A program made the position numbers and the translations under genes. Positions 10,598-20,086 of a DNA stretch of 64,000 nucleotides are shown here, one piece after another. Numbering within the stretch: the stretch's first letter is position 1; the number at the start of each line of letters is the position of its first letter. The stretch is from a bacterium (GTDB lineage Bacteria; UBA8248): positions 320,001 to 384,000 of the forward strand of contig CBDCRP010000003.1 in NCBI GenBank assembly GCA_965221165.1, given 5' to 3'. Below the pieces are notes generated by a model that worked only from the letters and a program-made list of their open reading frames with translations, made no database searches and had not been told where the DNA came from.

Positions 10598-11809
10598 ATG
10601 GCCAGAAGAAACGGAACAGGCGCAAGATCATCGAAACGGCCGAGAAAAACCTGGTGGGGATACCCCAGGGAAAACGGAGACGTGGGCGCGAGAAACTACC
10701 TGCTCCTGCTGAGCGGCACGCTTTACGCCAACCCCACTTGCGAGCGCGTCGCCAGAACCTTGCGGCATAGCGTCGCCCTCACCCACCCGCTGGGACGCTG
10801 CCAGATCGGCCCCGACATCCAGCGCACGTTCGAAACCCTCGTCGGGCACGGGCAAAACGCCAACGCGGGCGCCGTCATCGTCATCGACCACCACCGCGAG
10901 GAAGGCTGCACGGCGGATGAGATCGCCCATGAAATCGCCAAAACGGGAAAACGGGTGGAGGCGTTAAACATTCGCGAGGACGGCGGCGCGATAGACGCCA
11001 CCGCCAAGGCCACGCGCATCGGCATGGAGATGCTCAGAGAACTCACGAACGAACGCCGCCGGGAAGTGCCCATAAGCAAACTTCTGCTGGGTCTCAACTG
11101 CGGAACGTCGGACACGACGTCGGGCCTCTCCCACAACAAGGCCACCGGCTGGGTGACGGACCAGGTCGTCAAGCAGGGCGGACGCGCGCTTCTGGCCGAG
11201 ACCACGGAGATGATGGGCGGCGAGGGCGTACTGGCCGCCAAATGCGTGAGGCCGGCTCTGGGCAAGCGCATCTGGAGAATGGTGGAGGAAATGGAAGAGC
11301 GCATCCTCGCCTGCGGCGTCGATCTGAGAGGAAGCCAGCCCACGGGCGACAACATGGAGGGCGGCTTGTCCACGATTGAAGAGAAATCGCTGGGCGCCAT
11401 CCAGAAGGCGGGTTCGGCCCCCATCGTGGACGTGATCCCCTGGGCGAAGCGCGCGAACCGCAGAAGCGGCCTCCATGTGATGGACACCCCCGGCCACGGA
11501 GGGGAGTCCATTACCGGCATCGCCGCGGGCGGCTCCCAGGTGCTCATCTTCTCCACGGGAGGCGGCCATACCATCAACCACCCCCTGATGAGCACCATCC
11601 GCATCACGGGCAACCCGCTTTCGGCGAAGTTGCAGGCCGATACCACGGACGTGGACGTGACGGACATCTTCGAGGGCGCGCCCATCGAAGTAGCGGGACG
11701 GCGCGTCTACGACGAGGTGCTCGACGTCGCGAGCGGAAAGATGACGAAGGCCGAAATTCTGCATGAGGACAACGCCTTCGCCATCAACAGGAATGGGCCC
11801 AGCGTCTAG
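10598..11809 (+). CDS. UxaA-family dehydratase/lyase large subunit (SuyB-like)
   Basis: GYPRENGDVGARN, CGTSDTTSG, GGLSTIEEKSLG, MDTPG, FSTGGG. Confidence 0.85.
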   Translation: MARRNGTGARSSKRPRKTWWGYPRENGDVGARNYLLLLSGTLYANPTCERVARTLRHSVALTHPLGRCQIGPDIQRTFETLVGHGQNANAGAVIVIDHHREEGCTADEIAHEIAKTGKRVEALNIREDGGAIDATAKATRIGMEMLRELTNERRREVPISKLLLGLNCGTSDTTSGLSHNKATGWVTDQVVKQGGRALLAETTEMMGGEGVLAAKCVRPALGKRIWRMVEEMEERILACGVDLRGSQPTGDNMEGGLSTIEEKSLGAIQKAGSAPIVDVIPWAKRANRRSGLHVMDTPGHGGESITGIAAGGSQVLIFSTGGGHTINHPLMSTIRITGNPLSAKLQADTTDVDVTDIFEGAPIEVAGRRVYDEVLDVASGKMTKAEILHEDNAFAINRNGPSV

Positions 11810-11942
11810 GAGTTTCACCACAAACCCCCGGGAGATATTTTCCGGAGATTTGTTTGGTGCGGCGCGGCGGGCGCATTCCCCCGTAGAGGCGATTCGCTTT
11901 CTCACGGCAAGCGGTGAAGATTCCCCTCGCTCGGGGTTTTAG

Positions 11943-12515
11943 ATGAAACCCCTCCCCTACGCCGAGGCCGTCGCGAGGCTCGCCGAAGAAGAACGGGGGG
12001 ATGGCTGGCTCGTTTACTGTGAGAGGGAAAACCTCTACCAGCTTCCCGTGGTCGAATGGCTGGATGCGCTGACAAAAGAAATCTCCGCTCTGGCTCCTGA
12101 AACACCCCTGGAGGTGGGGGCCGGCGACGGCATGATCGGAAAAGCCTTGCAAGCGGGCGGGGTGAACCTGAAACTGACCGACCCGGCCGGATGCGACGGC
12201 ATAGAAACCCTGGACGCGAGAGATGCGCTCAGCACCCATGCGCCTGATTTCGTGTTTTCATGCTGGCTGCCGTTTGATTCGGGCGCCGAGCAGTCGATAT
12301 TAGACACACCGAGTCTCCGCTGGTATCTGGCGGTGGTGCAACAGGGGCCGGGTTACGCCGGGGGTGAAGCGCTACGGGATGCGCCCGGCTGGGGCGTGCG
12401 TGCGTTGAGCGGGGTGAACCGCTGGTCGGTTTCCCGGGCGGATTTTTTGAGCGACGTGGACTCAGGCGAACACATCAGACACGGGATGGCGTATCTGTTC
12501 ACGCGTGAGGGCTGA
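11943..12515 (+). CDS. Putative SAM-dependent methyltransferase-like protein
   Basis: LEVGAGDG motif; stop abuts the next ATG (TGAATG). Confidence 0.55.
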   Translation: MKPLPYAEAVARLAEEERGDGWLVYCERENLYQLPVVEWLDALTKEISALAPETPLEVGAGDGMIGKALQAGGVNLKLTDPAGCDGIETLDARDALSTHAPDFVFSCWLPFDSGAEQSILDTPSLRWYLAVVQQGPGYAGGEALRDAPGWGVRALSGVNRWSVSRADFLSDVDSGEHIRHGMAYLFTREG

Positions 12516-13565
12516 ATGGGCGGACATACGACGGGCGAGAAGCTCCATGTTTTTTTGCACCGGGTCTTCACCAAGCTGGGCCTGGCCGAAGAGGACGCCT
12601 CATGGACTGCGGAGACGCTCGTGGCGGCCGAGTTGCGCGGCGTCACCAGCCACGGCGTGATTCGCATGCCGCACTACGCCAGGCGCCTGGAAATCAATCT
12701 GGCGAATCCCGCCCCTGATTTCCGGGTCATCAAGGACGCAGGCGCCTTGGCGCTCGTAGACGGCGACAACGGCATGGGCCAGGTGGTCTCCAAACGCGCG
12801 ATGGAAGAGGCCATCGCCCGCGCCCGCACCCACAACGTGGGCGTTGTTCTGCTCAAGGAGAGCAACCATTTCGGCGCCGCCGCGACATATGCGGCCATGG
12901 CCCCGGAAGCGGGCATGGTGGGAGTCGTGACCACGAACACGCTGCGCGTCTTGCCCCCGGCGGGAGGAAAGGAAGCCAGAATCGGCAACAATCCCGTCTC
13001 GGTCGCCCTGCCGAGCGACCCGCCCATGGTGCTGGACATGGCGCTCTCCGTCGTGGCCCGAGGCTACATCATCGAGGCGGCGCGCGCAGGCGAACTCATC
13101 CCCGAAGGCTGGGGGCTGGACAAGGAGGGAAGACCCACTACGGACCCAAGTCGGGTTCTCGAAAGCTCCCTCCTCTCCCCGATTGCGGGCTATAAGGGAA
13201 GTGGCCTTTCCATCGCGATCGACGCCATATTGGGGTCGCTCGCAGGCGGAGGCCACAGCCACGAGATCGTGGGCATCAACGAGTTCAGCGGTAAAAGCCG
13301 CATCACGAGCGTTTTCGTGGCCATCAACATCGAGGCGTTGCTCCCTTTGTCGGAATTTCGCGCCGCCGCCAACACCTTCATCTCCATCATCAAGTCCACG
13401 CCGAAAGCGGCGGGTGTGGAAACGATTTTCATCCCCGGTGAAATCGAGCATCAAAAAGAAGAGGAGCGCAGGCGAAACGGGTTCGAGCTATCGCCCGAGC
13501 GGCTAGCGGAGCTCGATGAAATCGCCCAAAGGCTCGACTTGCCCCCTCTGGAGCGTACGCCATGA
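12516..13565 (+). CDS. Ldh_2 family oxidoreductase, second paralog
   Basis: LRGVTSHG, SNHFG, GNNP, YKGSGL, IPGE. Confidence 0.9.
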   Translation: MGGHTTGEKLHVFLHRVFTKLGLAEEDASWTAETLVAAELRGVTSHGVIRMPHYARRLEINLANPAPDFRVIKDAGALALVDGDNGMGQVVSKRAMEEAIARARTHNVGVVLLKESNHFGAAATYAAMAPEAGMVGVVTTNTLRVLPPAGGKEARIGNNPVSVALPSDPPMVLDMALSVVARGYIIEAARAGELIPEGWGLDKEGRPTTDPSRVLESSLLSPIAGYKGSGLSIAIDAILGSLAGGGHSHEIVGINEFSGKSRITSVFVAINIEALLPLSEFRAAANTFISIIKSTPKAAGVETIFIPGEIEHQKEEERRRNGFELSPERLAELDEIAQRLDLPPLERTP

Positions 13566-14464
13566 ACGACCCTACTCCCCAGGACCTGGGCGAGGCGGCT
13601 TCCAAATTCGCCCGCGAGGCGGGAGAAATCCTGATGGGGCTTTTCGGCAAGCAGGTGGAGGTCGATTACAAAAACAAGGCCGAAACCGACCCGGTGAGTG
13701 AAGCCGACCGCGCGAGCCAGGAGTTCCTGACGAAAGCGATAAACGAGAACTTTCCCGCCCATGGCGTATTGGGCGAGGAGAAGCCCGAGGATGAACAGGA
13801 AGCCAAAAGGCAGGGCGCGCGCGAGGTGCCTGAGTATCTGTGGGTTCTGGACCCTCTGGACGCCACGAAAAATTTCCTGAACGGACTACACGTCTGGGGC
13901 TGCTCCGTGGGCGTCCTGAAGCGCGGACGCTCGATTGCGGGCGCCATCTTCACGCCCGAGGACAAAGGCACCATTTACCGCGCATTCGAGGGGGGCGGAG
14001 CGTTCCGCAACGGGCACCGAATCGGGGTGGCGCAAGAAGACAAGCCCACGGGAAAGCGCATCGTCGCGCTGCCCGGCTCCTATTGGACGCAATTCCGCCC
14101 CACGGGGCCGCTAAAAAAGAACCTGGGCGAGGTCCGCTCCACCGGCTCCATGTGCTACGAGCAAGCCCTGGTGGCGCGCGGAGGCCTGCACTATACGCTC
14201 TTCGGCGTTCCCAGCATCTGGGATGTGGCGGCGGGCGCCGTCATCGTGAAAGAAGCGGGAGGGGTGACGCTCGCCCGGCGGCGCTATACGAACCAATGGC
14301 GAGAGTTGGACACATTCTTCTCCGAGGAGAACACGCCCAAAGATTTGGACGCCGCGCGCAAGTGGCGGCAATCCCTCCTCATAGGCAACCCCAAACTCGT
14401 GGAATACATCGCTAGGCACATCAAAAAAGTAAACCGGCCCAGACTCGGGCGCAAGAAGAGATAA
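13562..14464 (+). CDS. Inositol monophosphatase family protein
   Basis: DPVSEAD, LGEE, WVLDPLDATKNF, WDVAAG. Confidence 0.9.
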   Translation: MNDPTPQDLGEAASKFAREAGEILMGLFGKQVEVDYKNKAETDPVSEADRASQEFLTKAINENFPAHGVLGEEKPEDEQEAKRQGAREVPEYLWVLDPLDATKNFLNGLHVWGCSVGVLKRGRSIAGAIFTPEDKGTIYRAFEGGGAFRNGHRIGVAQEDKPTGKRIVALPGSYWTQFRPTGPLKKNLGEVRSTGSMCYEQALVARGGLHYTLFGVPSIWDVAAGAVIVKEAGGVTLARRRYTNQWRELDTFFSEENTPKDLDAARKWRQSLLIGNPKLVEYIARHIKKVNRPRLGRKKR

Positions 14465-14541
14465 GGCTTGAGGGAAAGAGGAAATTCTTCTCTATTCCAC
14501 TTTAAGACATACCTATTAAATAGTTGATATTTATTATATGT

Positions 14542-15858
14542 CTAACGTATATCCGGCACTCTTACCGGCGCGAATCGATCGCTTTGGGGGCCTTTGCCGC
14601 CTCCGCTCAAACCTTCGATTTCCATGATTCGCTCCTCCTTTGGATTGCGATATGCGGAGCCGGATATCACTTCGAGTTCATAACCGGGAGCAGCACTCCC
14701 CCTTTTGGGAGATTTGCCGCGGACGGGAAAAGAAAACGGGCGGCTCTCGCCGGGTCTCAGATGTTTGAGCCAATGCCTGGTGCGGCAGCATCGCCGTCCG
14801 TTTCGGATGAGTTCAACCCGCAACCCCACATCGAAGGAAAAATCCGGGTCCGTGTTGTGCAGTGTTCCGTGGACGCGCAGGTAGGGTTTACAAGATTTGC
14901 ATCTGGGTTTCCTGAACACCTCGACTTCGGCGTTCTTCACGCGCACCCATTTGTTGGCCTGGCGATCCCTCTCTCTCGCCATCGCGGCAATGGAGGAGAG
15001 GATTCGCTCTTTGTGAACCGAATGGGGATAGCGCTCGATAAATTGCTCGAGCGCCGCGACGCGGCCCGAACGCTCGGCTCCTTCCAGCGCCCGCGCCTCC
15101 ATGCGCTGCTGCATGAGAGCGGCTTCTTTCGAACCTTCGAATCTGCGGATAAAGGCCTTCCAGTCCGCCTCTAGCTCCGAGCGCATCGCCACTTCGAATC
15201 TCGCCGCGCGCAAAGCGTCTTTCGCCTCGGGAAGATATGAGCTCAGAGGATTGTCAAAGACGAATCTTTCCAGTTCGAGAACATCGCCCGAGGCTTTCGC
15301 CGCATCGAGCAGGAGCCTTTCGAGGCGCTGGGTGACCGCTTCGGTCCACTCGCTCCGCGCATTCTTGTATTTTGCAATAAACGCCCTGTAGGAGGAGACG
15401 TCGTTTATCTCCTCCAGGGCCTCATATTCACTCTTTTGGAGGTCGACGTTCGAGACCTCCTGGAACCAATCTTCGGGAAAGCCCTTCAGGAACTTTTCGA
15501 GGGCGCCGGTCTCTTTCGATTCGAGCGCTTCTTGATACTTGAGCCGCTCCCACCAGTAGCGCGCCCGGCGGACGTGCTCGCCGTCAAAATGATAGCCCAG
15601 ATACTCTTTGTAGGCCTTGGCCGTATGTATTCGAGACACTCTCTGAAAATCGAACTCGTCGAGTTCTTCCAGAAACACCTTCGATTGGGGATGAGCGGGG
15701 TTGTCGTGAACGAACCAGCGCTTTTCGTTCATCTCATCGCGTGGCGCTCTCCTGCGCACGCGCGGACCATCCAGACACCCGACGAGAGTCGCGCATAGGG
15801 TAATGAACAGAAGAAGAAACAACAGCCGATTCCAGGTCAGGCTCGTATTGACTCTCAT
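14542..15858 (-). CDS. Hypothetical lipoprotein with about 6 helical repeats
   Basis: Hydrophobic signal ending LVGC; repeated F(I/L)xxYP-like units; Cys-containing C-terminal domain. Confidence 0.65.
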   Translation of the reverse strand: MRVNTSLTWNRLLFLLLFITLCATLVGCLDGPRVRRRAPRDEMNEKRWFVHDNPAHPQSKVFLEELDEFDFQRVSRIHTAKAYKEYLGYHFDGEHVRRARYWWERLKYQEALESKETGALEKFLKGFPEDWFQEVSNVDLQKSEYEALEEINDVSSYRAFIAKYKNARSEWTEAVTQRLERLLLDAAKASGDVLELERFVFDNPLSSYLPEAKDALRAARFEVAMRSELEADWKAFIRRFEGSKEAALMQQRMEARALEGAERSGRVAALEQFIERYPHSVHKERILSSIAAMARERDRQANKWVRVKNAEVEVFRKPRCKSCKPYLRVHGTLHNTDPDFSFDVGLRVELIRNGRRCCRTRHWLKHLRPGESRPFSFPVRGKSPKRGSAAPGYELEVISGSAYRNPKEERIMEIEGLSGGGKGPQSDRFAPVRVPDIR

Positions 15859-15903
15859 GACCTACACCTCAGTGTTTCACCATTTTCCCGGATTTTATGA
15901 AAA

Positions 15904-16689
15904 TTATTCAAAAGACCAGTGAATACGCCTATACTCCTCCGGAGTCGGCAAGCATGGGTTTTCCCTGAACTGAATCACCCTTTCGAGAAAAACATCCACC
16001 TCCTCAGGCTCTAAAAGCGCATCCATCTCACCTCTTAAAGAGTTGTCACGATTACCCAAGCTGTCTTCCAGGCGCTTGATATCCTTCACCTGCTCCTCGG
16101 GCAGGGAAATTCCCGAGTAATCCCAGATGACGGTTCGCAGCTTCGGCTCGGAATGAAACGTGAGGCCATGGTCAATTCCCCAGACGCGACCGTCTTCGGA
16201 CTTGAAGCAATGCCCTCCCTTGCGATCCGTGTTGTTCACCATGATGTCGAAAGCCGCCAGCAACAATAACTCCGGGCGCTCCTCCTCCCGGAGCGTGAAA
16301 TAGTTCGATTTCCCGTCATAAGGCACGCACAACTGCATGGAACCCTCGCCATGCGGGCCTTCGCGAATCACCGTCGGGGGAACGAGATGCCATCCCAAAT
16401 GGTGGCTCACCAAAAAAGAGCATCTCTCCCGGAAATGAAGCGTCCCGTAAGGAAAATCCCAAAGGGGCCTCTCCCCGCTCGCCGGCTTGTATATCCCCCA
16501 AAACTGAAAATCCCCAGCACCCATCTTGACGGCGAACGTATAGTTCGAGCCTTGCGGCACCAGCTCGCCGTCCAGAATTTTTGAATTCAGAAGGAGGTTT
16601 TCGATTTCCTCTGGTTCGAACCGATACGCTTGCGATTCCGGCGGATCCACAATTTCCGGGCCTCTACGAGGTGAAGATTTCCGGGCCAC
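15904..16689 (-). CDS. SCO1664-family protein (PI3/4-kinase-like)
   Basis: GSNYTF, YKPASGERPLWDFP, NNTDRKGGH, GIDHGLTF, KLRTVIWD. Confidence 0.85.
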   Translation of the reverse strand: MARKSSPRRGPEIVDPPESQAYRFEPEEIENLLLNSKILDGELVPQGSNYTFAVKMGAGDFQFWGIYKPASGERPLWDFPYGTLHFRERCSFLVSHHLGWHLVPPTVIREGPHGEGSMQLCVPYDGKSNYFTLREEERPELLLLAAFDIMVNNTDRKGGHCFKSEDGRVWGIDHGLTFHSEPKLRTVIWDYSGISLPEEQVKDIKRLEDSLGNRDNSLRGEMDALLEPEEVDVFLERVIQFRENPCLPTPEEYRRIHWSFE

Positions 16690-16721
16690 GAGATTTTCCT
16701 GTCGAATAAGATGGCAGCGAT

Positions 16722-17297
16722 TTAATGATGAAAATGCCCGTTCGTATTGGGGTCGACCTTGCCGGTGGCCACCATGGCATGACGGGAGAGCGCATCCGTC
16801 CCCCGCCCGGACGAGCATTCATTCAGGCTTTGGGTAATGAATTCATCCATCTGCGTATGCGCGAGATTCACTTGCAACGCGGCGGGGCCGATAGCTTCTT
16901 CTTCGAATTCTTCTTCTGAAGGCTCCTCCTCCGTGGCAACCTCATCGCGCTCATCATAAAAAAAGACCGTAACGCGACCCTTACCCGGACCATGCGCCAG
17001 CCCCAAACGACTTACCTTGAACTCGATCGACCCCCCGGAACTCACCGGAGCGGAATCCGCCTCGCCAATGTCCGGAAAATCCGCCTCCTCCTCCACGCGC
17101 CCTTCTTCTCCCTTCGCTTCGGCCATCTTCTTCATCGCCATCGAAAGGCCGTAGACCTGTTCTTTTTCCAGCCAAAGCGTGGCGGCCGCCTTCGAGGGGC
17201 AATCGATCAGAATGCGAAAAATCCTTTTCCCGGCAACGCCAATCGCTTCTGTTTGAATTTTTCCGACTTCGCCGAAATTATATTTTGCAGAATCCAT
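16722..17297 (-). CDS. DUF3090-like protein
   Basis: AIGVAGKRIF, LEKEQV, C-terminal SGR and NG; sits directly upstream of the SCO1664-like gene. Confidence 0.7.
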   Translation of the reverse strand: MDSAKYNFGEVGKIQTEAIGVAGKRIFRILIDCPSKAAATLWLEKEQVYGLSMAMKKMAEAKGEEGRVEEEADFPDIGEADSAPVSSGGSIEFKVSRLGLAHGPGKGRVTVFFYDERDEVATEEEPSEEEFEEEAIGPAALQVNLAHTQMDEFITQSLNECSSGRGTDALSRHAMVATGKVDPNTNGHFHH

Positions 17298-17483
17298 GTG
17301 AGATATAAAACTCCGCGATGCGAATAAGAAACATCTCTTGAAAGATATACCATAAACGGATGTCCCACCCTTGTCTATTCAATTTTCCCTCGCCATCGCT
17401 TTCGGTTTCGCTGATGAGAAATTGCGTTTATAATCCCGCAAACAGCCCGCACCACATTAACCTATGGCCCGAGAATACAGCGC

Positions 17484-17645
17484 ATGGCGAAAAAAAATCC
17501 CCGCAAACCCGCCGCCGTCAAACACGGCTTGCTGGAGTATCTGCTCTTGAGCGTTCTCGTGCTCGTCGTCGTCGTTACGGCATGGACGCTCTACGACAAC
17601 GGAATCATCGACACGTTCATGGATATCATCAAAGGCAGCCCCTGA
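17484..17645 (+). CDS. Flp-like pilin / small single-TM protein (53 aa)
   Basis: Manual translation MAKKNPRKPAAVKHGLLEYLLLSVLVLVVVVTAWTLYDNGIIDTFMDIIKGSP: basic leader, G-x2-EY, hydrophobic helix. Confidence 0.6.
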   Translation: MAKKNPRKPAAVKHGLLEYLLLSVLVLVVVVTAWTLYDNGIIDTFMDIIKGSP

Positions 17646-17648
17646 ATT

Positions 17649-18266
17649 CTACCCGCCGGACAACCGCGCTTCCTCTTCTGCGAGGTCCGCAGCCCCCGCC
17701 GCACCCTCGAGCGCCTCATCCAGGCGAACGCCCAGACCCAGGGCCACACGGTTGATGAAATTAAAATAGGCCGTCACGGACACCAACTCGACGATGGCGG
17801 CGTCATCGAGCCCCGCCTTTCTTAATTCTTCCACGTCGGACCTATTCATATCACTCGGCGAGGTCGTCAGCTTTCGGGAAAATTCGAGCATCGCCCGCTC
17901 GCGATTCGTGAGGTCAGCACTCTCAGGCTCTCGCTTGAGCGCCTTTGCGCGATCGTCATCGCCCGACGCCTGACGGAGAAACTCCCCGTGGCTGGTGGTT
18001 CAATAAAAACAATCGTTTTCCTTCGATACCGCGGTAGCGATGAATTCGCGCTCGGCTTTCGTCAGATTCTCCTCCGTCTGCATCAGGGTGAGGTAGAGCC
18101 GGCGATGCGCGCGCATGATCTCGGGCCGGTTCCCGAACGGGCGCGAGATGTTGACGATATAACCAAGCGCTTTGAGATTGGCGTCATAGGTCTGCTTCAC
18201 GATTCCCGTAGCCTCCTCCACGGGAACCGTATATACCCAGGCGGGCGCCTTGTCGGCATCATTCAT
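17649..18266 (-). CDS. AhpD/carboxymuconolactone decarboxylase-like peroxidase-related protein, probable selenoprotein (CxxU)
   Basis: ORFs 18000..18269 and 17649..17891 are in one frame joined through TGA at 18000-18002: AVSKENDCFY-U-TTSHG...AYFNFINRVA. Confidence 0.85.
17973..17989 (-). promoter_or_regulatory. Putative bacterial SECIS hairpin
   Basis: ACGGGGA-GUU-UCUCCGU starts 11 nt after the UGA; loop G is 18 nt after the UGA. Confidence 0.65.
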
Positions 18267-18435
18267 CAATCCACGTTTCTCCCATAAATTCGACTCACCA
18301 AAGGCGAAGCATCAAGTCTCCATACCATGGATCCAGGGCAAACAAAATCGGAGTGCGAAAAGCGGAAACCCGCTACACAGCTTCGGGTGAAAAATGGTAG
18401 CCTCCATCACATCGTAAACCAACAGAGGACGCTCA

Positions 18436-19242
18436 TTGGCTCGGCTCATATCCAAAACGATACACACTCCCGACGGCCCGCTCGCCTATACGGAAGCGGG
18501 GTCACTCGATAAAGATCCCCTCCTCTTCGTTCATGGAGGCTTCGGGGCGGCGAACCACTGGCTCAAGAACCAGGCCTTCTTCGCCGCGCACTACCGCACC
18601 CTGGCGGTCGACCTCCCCGCCTTCGGCGAAAGCTACCTGCCGCCGAAACCACACACGGCCGCTTCGGTCACCGGGGGCATCGGGCGTCTGCTCGACGGGC
18701 TGGGAATCGGGGAGTGCGCATGCGTGGCCTTTTCTTTCGGCGCTACGATGAGCGTGACGTATTGCCAGGAAAACGCCTCCCGGTTCAGGAAACTCGTTTT
18801 GCTGGGACCGGGGGGGCTCGGGCTCACGGGCGACGTCAAACTAGGGGATGAGCGCCGCGTCACCAGAGAGATGAGTCCCGAGGAAAAACACGAGGTATTC
18901 GTTCACAACCAAAAGGCGCTGATGTTCAAAAAACCGGAGTGCGCCGATGAAGCGTATCTCCTCCAGGCCTGGGCGAATCTCAAGAATTCGCGAATGAACA
19001 TCTACGCCATGAACCGCGAACCCTACTTGCCGGATTTGCTGCCGGCGTGTTCCATGCCCTTGCTCATATTGTGGGGGGATGCCGACGTAATCGCCCACCC
19101 GACGCCCGAGGAACGCCGGAACGCTTGCCAAAAAGCCGCCCCCCATGCAGAACTGGATATTATTCCGGACGCCGGCCACATGGCCCAATGGGAACAACCC
19201 GACGTTTTCAACGAACGTGTATGGAAATTCTTGAGGTCATAA
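18436..19242 (+). CDS. Alpha/beta hydrolase (C-C hydrolase-like)
   Basis: HGGFG, AFSFGA, WGDAD, AGHMAQWE. Confidence 0.85.
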   Translation: MARLISKTIHTPDGPLAYTEAGSLDKDPLLFVHGGFGAANHWLKNQAFFAAHYRTLAVDLPAFGESYLPPKPHTAASVTGGIGRLLDGLGIGECACVAFSFGATMSVTYCQENASRFRKLVLLGPGGLGLTGDVKLGDERRVTREMSPEEKHEVFVHNQKALMFKKPECADEAYLLQAWANLKNSRMNIYAMNREPYLPDLLPACSMPLLILWGDADVIAHPTPEERRNACQKAAPHAELDIIPDAGHMAQWEQPDVFNERVWKFLRS

Positions 19243-19272
19243 AAATTCATCATCCTCCGAGGAGAACGCTTC

Positions 19273-20040
19273 ATGGGTAATACGAGCTTTGATTTTTCCG
19301 GACAGGTCGCCGTCGTCACGGGCGCATCGCGCGGCATCGGCAAAGGATCGGCGGAGAAATTCGCCGAGGCGGGCGCCAAGGTGTATCTCATCGACATCGA
19401 CATCGATCCCGGAGAGGCCGCCGCCGCAGGTATCCGCGAAGGTGGGGGCGACGCCACTTTTATCGATTGCGACCTCACGGATTCCGTGGCCGTAAAACAG
19501 ATGATTGAACGCATCGCAAGCGAAGGAGGCAGCATAGATATTTTCGTCAACTGCGCGGGCGGTTTTTACCAGCAGCTATCCACGGGCGATACGTCGGAAG
19601 ATGAATGGGACGCCGTAGTGGACAGAAACTTGAAAAGCGTATTTTTGACTTCGAAACATCTGACGCCTGTTTTCGAGCGACAAAACAGCGGCTGCGTTAT
19701 CAACCTGGGCTCCATGTCGGGCATCACCACGCTCCAGCCGTCCTCCCCGCCCTATGCGGCCGCCAAGGCGGGCGTTCATGCCCTGACCCGCGTGCTCGCC
19801 TACGAGCTGGGGCAATACAACGTGCGCGTGAACGCCATTGCGCCGGGAACGACGGCGACCGAGCGCGTCATCGCGGTGCGCTCCGAAGAACAGCGCGAGA
19901 TGATCGGCAAGGGCACGCTTTTGGGCCGCATCGCCGAGGTGGACGACATGGTGGGCTGGGTGCTCATGCTGGCCTCGCCCGAATCCGCCTATCTCACGGG
20001 CCAGACCATCGCCGTGAACGCGGGACGCTACATGTCTTAG
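19273..20040 (+). CDS. Short-chain dehydrogenase/reductase
   Basis: TGASRGIG, NCAGG, YAAAK. Confidence 0.9.
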   Translation: MGNTSFDFSGQVAVVTGASRGIGKGSAEKFAEAGAKVYLIDIDIDPGEAAAAGIREGGGDATFIDCDLTDSVAVKQMIERIASEGGSIDIFVNCAGGFYQQLSTGDTSEDEWDAVVDRNLKSVFLTSKHLTPVFERQNSGCVINLGSMSGITTLQPSSPPYAAAKAGVHALTRVLAYELGQYNVRVNAIAPGTTATERVIAVRSEEQREMIGKGTLLGRIAEVDDMVGWVLMLASPESAYLTGQTIAVNAGRYMS

Positions 20041-20086
20041 ATGTGGCGATGATTTTACGCACTGACAGCTATTTCGAGGACCTTCG

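Noticed and set aside
17649-18269. Nonsense-mutated pseudogene or two separate small genes
   Set aside because: The TGA falls on the catalytic Cys position, the frame continues, and a SECIS-like hairpin follows
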